Part shown: positions 1-8,806 of the stretch, piece after piece
Layout of the letters: every line of letters starts with the position of its first letter
Position numbering within the stretch: position 1 is the stretch's first letter
Assembly: GCA_051942205.1 (NCBI GenBank)
Contig: JAVECO010000040.1
Coordinates: 120,050 to 140,049, forward strand
Direction: 5' to 3'
DNA: 20,000 nucleotides
From: Coniocarpon cinnabarinum
Lineage: Eukaryota
The notes under the pieces: model-generated
Database searches by the model: none
Told to the model about the DNA's origin: nothing
What the model saw: only the letters and a program-made list of their open reading frames with translations
Position numbers and translations under genes: made by a program

Positions 1-297
1 TGTCTTGAGACCGAGAGCTTGCTGAAAATCGGTAGGAGTCCACAACAGCACCATTTCACTCTCGATATGCTGAACAGTAGTGACAAATCGATCAAGATGA
101 TGACCAGAATTTCTCGCAAGAAAGTTCCAGGATCCAAGAACGGCATTCTTCACGGCAGGATCTCCAAACCAAACCTACATCTTTCGGCTCTCAAACCCAA
201 GTCAGGATCTCCCAAATCCTCCGAGCCCCCAGGCGAGGAGCATAAATGGTTCGCGAAGCTAAAACGTGGCGGCTTGGCCAAGCAGAGTGCAGTATGA
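1..297 (+). CDS. Possible 3' end of a gene entering from the left edge (Lys/Ser-rich C-terminus), product unknown
   Basis: Frame 1 is open from base 1 to TGA at 295-297 (...EEHKWFAKLKRGGLAKQSAV*). No recognisable domain, so a chance ORF is possible. Confidence 0.3.
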   Translation, partial: CLETESLLKIGRSPQQHHFTLDMLNSSDKSIKMMTRISRKKVPGSKNGILHGRISKPNLHLSALKPKSGSPKSSEPPGEEHKWFAKLKRGGLAKQSAV

Positions 298-1033
298 CCA
301 TTAGACGCGTCTCTGCCTGTTAGTTTGCGGCAAACATAGAGCATCATGGCGTATGTTAATAAGCAATTTCCACACGTGAGGTCTGTGACATTTTCTTCGG
401 TTTTCTCATTGGCTGCACGCCACCGCGACAGAAAGCAGTGCGTCCATCTTTTGGGAAATGTACGGCGAAATAAAGAGAGGCATATTGCTCGTGTTCGCTA
501 TTGCCTTCCATTATACCCCGCGGAAGCATGCATAAGGGCCGCGTTGGTGGCTATTGTGGGTGACGCGGCTGTGTTCTGTTGAGGAGACAAAGGGAAAGTG
601 AGAGGCGTCGCCGTGAGGCATGCGGCTACATCGCTATAGCGGGAGTCAATTGGTCGATGACATTCAAATTTAAGCGCAGGCAGCCAAAGCGTGCAGCGTT
701 TGATGGTGTGCGTATCGCATGGCGGTGGGGCGCTTTGCTGGAACTGCGCTCATGATCACTATCATCACAGCATGAATAAGAGTGGCAATGTTCCCAACAA
801 AATCTGCAGGGCAGACTAATGACTAGTTGCAGGTTTGAACGAGGGGGATAAAGGAAGTGTGCAGGCTGTGCGGTTTGACAGGGTCCACACAGCAAACGAG
901 GTCAGGATGAATGCCCAGATGAAGGAGCATACTTAAGATCCGCGTATCCACGTTGGATTTCCTGCATACTTGACACAACCATCATCATCACGAATGCGCC
1001 ACTGAGAAGTGCAGGACCTTTCACATTCCCACG

Positions 1034-1718
1034 ATGGGTGACAACAATACCCCCGGGATATTTTACTGTCACAGGAACACGATAAACAAAATCGAAAATC
1101 GGGATGATTGGCCCTTATACTACGTGTGGGAGTGGAAGGACATTGAACTCGAGCCCGGAGAACCTCGTACTACATACTTGTTTCTCGATGAGGTGGTTGT
1201 TCATGAGCTTAATCATAAGCCTGATCCGCCTGTTGAGCTCTTCGGTCGTGATATGCCTCACGAAACTCCGAATGAGAGACTTGATTCCTGGTATGGGCGA
1301 CCCAAGAACTTCCTGACCCAAACCGAAACCATCAAGCGACTCCAAGAAGCGGTCATGCCCAACGAGGAAGCCCTGAAGGAGGAGTTTCGTCGCTTTGAAC
1401 GCGAGATGCATACGAAGATTAAGGAGGCGTGCATCATGTTCGTTACCCATGCCTGGCAAAAGTCCCTATGAGTGGTCCATATCTGACCGCGATTTCTAGG
1501 CTAGTTACCAATGAGCACCTTGACGTCGCACTTCATGAGGGCGGGGGATTCGTTGCGGGTGAACTCCGCACCTATTTCGTGGGACCAGATGTACACTCGC
1601 GCCGCATCACCAGAATCAGAAATGAGGCTCTGATCGAGAGTAACGTATGTTGGGCAACCGATCTGGAGGGACACGTACATTCTGACCTATACGCCAGAAA
1701 CCTAGTGCACAGTCGTAG
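1034..1718 (+). CDS. Hypothetical protein, 189 aa, 3 exons: 1034-1437, 1500-1644, 1698-1718
   Basis: ATG in cacgATGG context. Intron 1438-1499 (GTTCGT...TCTGAC...TTCTAG) joins ORF 1034-1471 in frame to ORF 1429-1728 (EACIM/LVTNEH). Intron 1645-1697 (GTATGT...TCTGAC...CCAG) leads to KPSAQS*. Intron sizes (62, 53 nt) match the others in the window. Confidence 0.7.
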
Positions 1719-2336
1719 ACCCAGCTAGATCGACAGCTGAAGCCAAAACGTTATCATAAGCTTGCAGCAACAGATGTCTCGACCTTTTCTCTTCGTCATG
1801 ACGAGCTTGTATGTCAGCCATGCGCGATTCAACACGCGTGAGTGCTTTGGCATTGCTCAGTCAATAATGGCCGACCCTAGTCATTCATTCCTTCAGGCTT
1901 CCATTGATAGCCGATCATACTCTTGGCGCATCGGGCAGTCAGCCTACCACAGTAATTTTGTCCAATGATCACATTGGCTCTGTATTTAGGTAGCTGATAG
2001 CCGAAATGCCATTGCCGGTTTGATCGGCGTCTCTTGTCATTCGTATCACATCCAGGAAACTTGTTGCGCATTGCCAGTCTCATGCAAGCTCATCTAGGTG
2101 GAACGAAGCGATTCAAGGCGGCCCCTTGCATCGTGGTGTCTGCTGCGCCGCCCGAAGCGTATGCAAACGGTCTTCAATGTTGAACGTTGAGGCTCTAGGG
2201 AAACTTTGAACGTGACGACGTTCAGATTGTGTGCCGCATTAGCGTCTTGGCGCCCCGCCTTTCGCGAGTTTCCGAAAATCGACATAGCCTTGGGATTCGT
2301 CCCAGCAACTCGACAACAAACACGCCCGCTCCAACA

Positions 2337-3737
2337 ATGGCACGGCGTCCTCCTCGTCGGCGACCCTCTTCTTACGCGCCTGCAGATTTCAAGAAGACCC
2401 AGGGTGATGTTGCATTCGACATCGACGTGCTCATTCTTGACTATCTTGTCCACCAAGCCTTGAAAGCCGTGCTCTCCTCGAAGCATGCAGAATCATTGTC
2501 ACCAACAGACCATGACTTTCGACCCTACCTTTTCCAAGTCGATCGGTATCTCAAGCACATAAGTGCAAGGCATCACCATGGGCTCGCCGGACACCTGCGA
2601 TTTTCACTATCGCTCCTTCGCTTTTGTACGCTCTTGCATGAGGCCTGCCATCCCTCGTCCACCGCCTCCACTGCTCCCTCTGCTACTCTTATAGAGCTTC
2701 GTTCTCGCAATCGGACTCGGGCCCTTCGTTGGTGGATTCGGCGTCGACAGCACTACTCCCAATCTGCTACGTCTTCATTCTCATCGTCGCAATCGCAAGA
2801 GGACGCAGCAGATGCCTTGGCGCATACGCTTCAGTCGCTGGCCCTGAAGTCGCACGTGCAACAGACCCACGATGGACAGGCTGACGACCCTCCACCTCCC
2901 GAGACTGAAGTGATCGATCTCGAGTCTCCACCTGATTCCGCTCCACAGCAGAATGAGCATTCGAGTCGCGACCAGAGCGCTTCAACGGATAATTCCAACG
3001 AAGGACCCTACCCTAGTTTGCTGGATCTTCTTCCTCTATTTGTACAGCTGACCCACGAGCGCGCCCTTCTCATTAGCCATGATTCAGTGACGAGCGAGAT
3101 GTGGTTAGGACTGGTTGTGGAGATGATGATCCAAGCCTTCCTGGAGCAGCGTGTGGTCTTCGAGGAAGAAGGCGTGTGCAGCTTACTCGAGGCGTTTGCA
3201 TGGGGACCAGTCTCCAGCGTGAAGGGTGGCGTCGAAGTAGGTAATGACGGGAATCAAGATTTGCGGATTCACGATGTGTTTCTACTGCAAGCGGATAGCA
3301 GTCGAAGCAGCGCATTGAGCAACGGCAGTCAATACAGCAACAACGCTGCTGAAGATAGACTGACCGCAGATACATTCCAGTACTACCGCGACCGCGCACT
3401 GTCCTCTCTAGATCCAACGACGTATCTATCCAGCGACCCTCAAGCGCTGTATCGCTCTCTCCTTGGACCCGACGCGCCCCTCGATCCCCACCCACGTGAC
3501 GCGTTCGAAAAGTCAATGTGGGGCTTTCTCGACGCAGTCGCCAAAAGCGTCGATGTGCCCGTTCTGGTCCAGTTGGAGCAGGTGCAGAAAGGACGCAGGA
3601 CGAGGGTAGACTTGAGGGATCATAGGCTGGGGAATGGAGAGACGGAGATTCTGAGGGAGATCTGGGAGGCGGGCCTGGGGCAGCATGAGCGCAAGCAATC
3701 CACGGGGACGAGACGGAATTCGAAGGAGAAGAGCTGA
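2337..3737 (+). CDS. Uncharacterised fungal protein, 466 aa, with an N-terminal LisH-like motif
   Basis: Single long ORF; first ATG at 2337 in acaATGG context. Contains DIDVLILDYLVHQAL (LisH-like LIxDYL), a central acidic/Ser/Pro disordered linker, and helical blocks LLDLLPLF, WLGLVVEMMIQAFLEQ, LLEAFAWG and PVLVQLE. Confidence 0.85.
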   Translation: MARRPPRRRPSSYAPADFKKTQGDVAFDIDVLILDYLVHQALKAVLSSKHAESLSPTDHDFRPYLFQVDRYLKHISARHHHGLAGHLRFSLSLLRFCTLLHEACHPSSTASTAPSATLIELRSRNRTRALRWWIRRRQHYSQSATSSFSSSQSQEDAADALAHTLQSLALKSHVQQTHDGQADDPPPPETEVIDLESPPDSAPQQNEHSSRDQSASTDNSNEGPYPSLLDLLPLFVQLTHERALLISHDSVTSEMWLGLVVEMMIQAFLEQRVVFEEEGVCSLLEAFAWGPVSSVKGGVEVGNDGNQDLRIHDVFLLQADSSRSSALSNGSQYSNNAAEDRLTADTFQYYRDRALSSLDPTTYLSSDPQALYRSLLGPDAPLDPHPRDAFEKSMWGFLDAVAKSVDVPVLVQLEQVQKGRRTRVDLRDHRLGNGETEILREIWEAGLGQHERKQSTGTRRNSKEKS

Positions 3738-3883
3738 TGCCGTGATGATGCTTCTGTGGTTATGTGTTACGTCTGTCATGACTTTAAGTGCTCTAATGTG
3801 ACCGTTTACCACTCTATAAACATACGTCCTTGCACATCAGTGCGCATCGTGCGGACTCTCACCGACTCTCAGATGGCGGCGGA

Positions 3884-5784
3884 TTATTGGTCAACCTCCT
3901 TGTCCACCTTCTTCGCCGGGTCTGAATTGGCATGTGTCGCATATTTGCTTCGAATGAAGTCTTCGACCGCAACGTCCCCCATCTTCTCAACCTCGGGGTC
4001 CTGCTTCTTCGAAGTATCTTCTTTCATCTTTTCCTCTTGGTTTGCTTTAGCATCATGAGCATTGTGGCTCAGCCCGATCTTCTCGGCGATGCCCGAAGCT
4101 GTGGACGTCACCGTCGTTGCAGCGCCCGCGACCGCGTGCTTCGCTTGCTCTACGTAACTCTCTTGACCGCCAGACTGTTCCTTGGGCCGTTCCGGGACAG
4201 TCACGTCCTTGTTGCCCTGAGCGATGGTACCCGTTTCGACGACGTTGCTTTTATCTCCATGGCCGTGGTCAATCGTCGCTGGCGTGGCGTCACTGTGTAC
4301 CCCCTCCGCGTGGGTTCCCGCTTGAGCGTCCAACCGCGCACCGCTCGTCCCCTGTCTGTCTTCCATCTGCCTCGTTGCAGCAGTCTGTTGCTGCTGCTGG
4401 TTCCTCGCGGCAAAGTCGGCTTCTGAAACGGATTTGCCGTTGTGGATCGAGTTCGACAACTTCGACGACATGGACTGCGCGTCGGAGCCGGATGGCGTGT
4501 CAATGGGTGTCTGTCCACTAGACGGAAACTCTTTCACGTCGTCAGACGGGTGTGTGTACACGCCCGTGGAGTTAGCTAATTTGTTCAAGCCGGGACCGGC
4601 AGCGCCATCACCGACTTTCTGCGCAGGAGGCAGAGACATGGTGGCCACGACGTCTTCGCGCTGCTTGCCATCCACAGTGCCAAGTGAGACAGCCGACATG
4701 GTTTGCCCATCTTTGGAAACTCGCCAGCGAATCGGTCCAGGAGGGAACGCATTAGCGCCATTAGCGCCAGTCACGGGCATCTTCCAATCCATTGTCTCTG
4801 CGATTTCAGGCTCGAGATTGGGCAGCTGGCCCCATTCCCAATCGAGCTCGCCACCGTACTTCTTGGGTATGTTTGCAGGATCGATGTATTCTGAGAGAAC
4901 CTTGTAGGTCTCGTTTTGACTGAGGATGAAAATCTTGGACACGGTGATTGGGTCGAACCACCGTTTGATCCAAGACCAGACGGTGGGGAAGAAGGACGGC
5001 GCGCCAATGATGAAGATGCGGTCGAGGGTCTCCGGGTAGTGCGCAGTAGCCAGTTGGCTGGCCTCTTGCATGTGTCCTTTCAGGTTCCAGAACTGTTTCA
5101 GACCGGTCCTGGAGATGTCTACAATGTTGCCAGATTGGCTCACGGGCGTGTCAGGATACGGTCGAGAGGGTATGGCTGAGCACAACGGCATGACACATTG
5201 GATCAGGTTCTCGTACAATGCAAAGAGGCGTCTGAGATTCGGGGAGATGTTGCCCTTGGCGGGGTTCTGGTCATTCTTCGATTTGAGAGAGTTTTGGTAT
5301 TCGGACATGCGCTTGCTGTCGAGTCCCGCGACCTCGAAGACGTACAACGGAATTCCCCGCTTGTCTCTCCGACCTATCCACTGTGGGTACTGAGACAACT
5401 GTTAGTATCCACTCAACGCGTCTCTGCATGATTCACAAATACTAGGAGCCTAGTTTCGTTGTATTCGTCAACGTCTATCGAGTCGTACAGCTTGTCGATC
5501 TCGTTGTCCCTCCGCCAGTCCTCTGTGTCTTTGAACTGCTTGAATGCCTCTGTGGGGACGAACTTGCGTGCACGTAGATATCTGAGCAAGGTCTCATCGT
5601 CGTGGGAAGGCTCTGGCCGTTGCTGCGTGGCAGGTCTGTAGTAGCCTTTCTCGGCACAGAGCTGCTTGAACTGCTCAAGCTTTTGCTCCTGGGGCTCGTC
5701 GAGGTGGGTAACGTGCCCTTCTGGATATTGGTAGCTCTCAGCGCGTTTGAGAGAGGAAGCGTCGGAGGACGGGGGTCGGTTCAT
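3884..5784 (-). CDS. Sec14/CRAL-TRIO lipid-transfer family protein, 615 aa, 2 exons: 5784-5443, 5389-3884
   Basis: CRAL-TRIO N-terminal motif HDDETLLRYLRARKF; core motifs YPQWIGRRDKRGIPLYV, HYPETLDRIFIIGAP..F...W..IK.W.DP.T.SKI and NIPKKYGG. Intron 5442-5390 (GTATTT...ACTAAC...CTCAG, phase 0) joins NETRLL to YPQW. Confidence 0.95.
4384..4398 (-). repeat. Short CAG/CAA run encoding poly-Gln (Q5) in the Sec14 protein tail
   Basis: Plus strand ctgttgctgctgctg encodes the QQQQQ of NQQQQQT on the minus strand. Confidence 0.6.
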
Positions 5785-6153
5785 AGCTGGAGCTCGGTTT
5801 TGGCACTTCTTTTGACGCGGGTGCGAAGCAGGGCTTACGGAGCAGGGATGGAGTTCAGGGCGCTGGAGTGGGTGAGTGGTTCCTTTACATGTGTGTTCTC
5901 TCCATGACTCTCGGCCGCGTCTTGAGGAGATTCAGCCCCAAGCGAGATACGTGATGCGGCTTTGCACGGTCGGCGGAATAAGACGGGCAGTGGACGGGAT
6001 TCCCTTCGCTGCATCTGAGAACAAAAGCCCACGAGTCAGTCAGTCGGTGATGTCATCTTCAATCGTAGGTATACCTCGTCACTCTCACAAGAACATCATT
6101 CGCCGTCCTCGTTGCAGTCTGTTCACGACGAGTCTGTTCAATGCCTGCCTGTC

Positions 6154-8106
6154 ATGTCCCATTCACCGAGCCGGCCCGTTTGCGCCCTCTTGCAGCTTCC
6201 CGACGAACTCGTCCAGCACATTCTCACATTCCTTCCCCTTCCCAGTCTAGTAACTGCGGAACGTATTAACCATCGCCTCAATGCCCTCGTACGCTCCAAC
6301 ACCGTCTTCGCCGTCCATTGCGTCGACCAGTTCCGATTCTGGCATCCCAAGCACAATCTCAGACGTCGGCTGCGAGCTCCCATAGCCGAGACTGATTGGC
6401 GGCAGCTCCTTGTTGAGCGTGCGCGTACTGAAGAGCGTGTCAGCGAGACATTCGAAGAGCTCCTGCAGCACCAAGCCGGCAGAACGGAGCGTTCCGAGGT
6501 CATCACCGGCGAGGGCTACGACTCCAAAGACTTCCTCCTGCAACAAGTCCGAACTTCACCGAACGCGGAGGACTACTTGGCCAGAACATGGTGGGCGGAG
6601 ACCCTACTCGCGCAGATCGAGAGACATTCAGCATTGGAGGAGCTGTTCGCCCTCCGTCACGGCAAGAACGACTTGAAGCTGGAACGCGCGTTGGCTTGTC
6701 TTGACCTCCTCATCGTTCCGCGACCCCCCGAAAATCCCGAACAGGTTGAGGAGCATTTTGATCGCATTGCACTTGCCTTTCTGCATTCTCCACTCGGACA
6801 GGAGGAAGAAGGCTCACGGAGAACATCTAGAGAGAAGGCCCTTCACTTGGCAAGATTTCTGCATGACCATCAGCTCCTGGGAATACAGCCAGAGCCAGAT
6901 CAACGTGGCTATCGTCGACTCCAAAATGGGCTGATCAGCATCGCTTTGTGTGAAAAGCATCATCCTAGTCTTCCGTTAGTGTCCGCGGCGATCTACTGTG
7001 CGGTTGCCCGACGAGTCGGCCTCAACGCAAACCTCATCAATTATCCTGGCCACATATACGTCGTCGTTACACCCGATCCAGACAGCCAGACAGACCTGGA
7101 CAATCAGTCCATCGACCAAGCACATAAGCGTCAGCCACACCTCGAGGATGAATACTACATGTACCTTGACAGCTATTCCAGCTCGCGTGAGACGTCTTCC
7201 GCGACACTCAAAGAACGACTTCTGCGAATGCACTTCCCGGAAGAGGTGCGTCGTGAATGCCTTCGCCCCGCTGTCGACGGCGTCAAAACTATGCTCGTGC
7301 GCATGAGTAACAATCTGGCGCATGTTACAGAGTACATGGAAAGCGATTACACACGCGTATTCACCAACCTCGATGATCAATCCGGCTTCATGCCTCCGTC
7401 TGTATTGGAAGCAGCTACTTTGACACCCACTGCAATCGAGATTGGCGACCGCGACATCCTCACCCACACCCGCAATATCATCAAAATGGTGACGCTCGAC
7501 GAGTCGTTTGACTCTTACTCCTACGAGCTCACCAACGCAACTACAAATTTTCTTGATTTTCGTTTCTTCAGTCTGGGTACCGCTCGATCCGTCATCCTTC
7601 CGCTACTGTCGCCGGATACTGATGGACGTCGGAGGCTGGAGCATACACTCATCCGCTACGCTCAGCTTGATGCACAGCCACGCACTCCCAAGCGGTGGTC
7701 CGACACCATTCATATCTCGAAAGATCCTGGAAGACATCCCGTCTACCGCGTGGGGACATATTTTGAGCATCGCCGGTTCGGCTACCTAGGGCTGATCATC
7801 GGATGGGACGTTAAGTGTTCAAGCCACGAAGAATGGATTCGGCAGATGCACGTCGATGACTTGCCTCGTGGTCGGCACCAGCCATTCTACAATGTTCTCG
7901 ACACGCATGGCGGACAGCGCTACGTCGCGGAGGAGAACATCGTCTGTCTGGGTCGGTGGCAGAATGAGCATCGCGAGGGTGATGAGGTCGCACCGGTGGT
8001 GCCGGATCCCGGGATCACGCGGCGAGCAGGTGAGTGGATGAAGAGGTGGGATCCGATGTTGGAGAGGTTTGTGAGTAATTTAAAGGATGAATATCCTGAC
8101 GATTAA
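6154..8106 (+). CDS. F-box protein with transglutaminase-like (SirB1-type) and C-terminal YccV/HspQ-like domains (FBXO21-like), 650 aa
   Basis: F-box LLQLPDELVQHILTFLP; central SLPLVSAAIYCAVARRVGLNANLINYPGH; YccV-like YRVGTYFEHRRFGYLGLIIGWD...QPFYNVL...RYVAEENI. First ATG at 6154; intronless. Confidence 0.92.
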   Translation: MSHSPSRPVCALLQLPDELVQHILTFLPLPSLVTAERINHRLNALVRSNTVFAVHCVDQFRFWHPKHNLRRRLRAPIAETDWRQLLVERARTEERVSETFEELLQHQAGRTERSEVITGEGYDSKDFLLQQVRTSPNAEDYLARTWWAETLLAQIERHSALEELFALRHGKNDLKLERALACLDLLIVPRPPENPEQVEEHFDRIALAFLHSPLGQEEEGSRRTSREKALHLARFLHDHQLLGIQPEPDQRGYRRLQNGLISIALCEKHHPSLPLVSAAIYCAVARRVGLNANLINYPGHIYVVVTPDPDSQTDLDNQSIDQAHKRQPHLEDEYYMYLDSYSSSRETSSATLKERLLRMHFPEEVRRECLRPAVDGVKTMLVRMSNNLAHVTEYMESDYTRVFTNLDDQSGFMPPSVLEAATLTPTAIEIGDRDILTHTRNIIKMVTLDESFDSYSYELTNATTNFLDFRFFSLGTARSVILPLLSPDTDGRRRLEHTLIRYAQLDAQPRTPKRWSDTIHISKDPGRHPVYRVGTYFEHRRFGYLGLIIGWDVKCSSHEEWIRQMHVDDLPRGRHQPFYNVLDTHGGQRYVAEENIVCLGRWQNEHREGDEVAPVVPDPGITRRAGEWMKRWDPMLERFVSNLKDEYPDD

Positions 8107-8806
8107 GAGACTATGTCTCTTGACGTACGATTATTGTGACGAGGCTTTTTGGTTCAAATAGTCGGTTGTCGCAGAGCAGGGTGGGCAATTTTAGGGGTGG
8201 ATGATCGAGTTATCACGGCTGGACATCAGACATCATGCCGTAACGCTGCGACATAAAGATGGGAAAGGCTAGTGGATGGACGCAGGAATACGATGAGTTT
8301 ACGAAGAGCACGTTCAAGAATGCGGAAAGACTGGGCAGTTGGATGCAGCAAGGGAGACTGCGACGGCAACGCGGTCTCGGACAGCGATTTCAGGTTCTCA
8401 TCCTGTGTCTTGGACATTCTCAATGTGTTACAGATCCCTAAAATTAATATACTAGAGCGAGCTTTGAAGCTGCTCGGCCTTCACGTATGTGGACAGCACA
8501 TATTTTGGCAACTTTGATAGTCTTCTGCTCCTTCCTCGCAAATACAAAAACAGCCTGGGGTACCTCGCAGGTGTCAGAATGCCTCATTGGCTATGCTATA
8601 GCGATCTTGCCTCGGAGGAACTCATGCTCACCGAGAACAGTCATTACCACTTTCTTCTCTACATTACGCCACGAAGCTCCAGTATGGCTCGCAGTGGAAA
8701 GAGCAACGTGAGATTCAGCGAATGTGCGTAGAAAAATTCGTTCACATCAATTCTATCATCAAGAAATGTACATCTATGAACAAGATCAAATAATCAATTT
8801 CTGAAT

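Noticed and set aside
272..283. Perfect 12-bp palindrome GCTTGGCCAAGC (two inverted PacC-like GCCAAG)
   Set aside because: Palindromes this short are expected by chance in 20 kb, and it lies inside a possible coding end.
1468..1471. ATGA stop/start overlap suggesting an operon-like gene pair
   Set aside because: It lies inside a well-formed intron (1438-1499) that fuses the two ORFs in frame.
6154..8106. Recent bacterial horizontal transfer of the intronless YccV-domain gene
   Set aside because: It is fused to a eukaryotic F-box in the architecture shared with animal FBXO21, and its composition matches its neighbours.
8226..8731. Cluster of 60-81 aa ORFs with scattered splice-like signals between the F-box and GH51 stops
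   Set aside because: The splice combinations I tried on both strands gave no coherent protein; probably 3' UTR or intergenic DNA.
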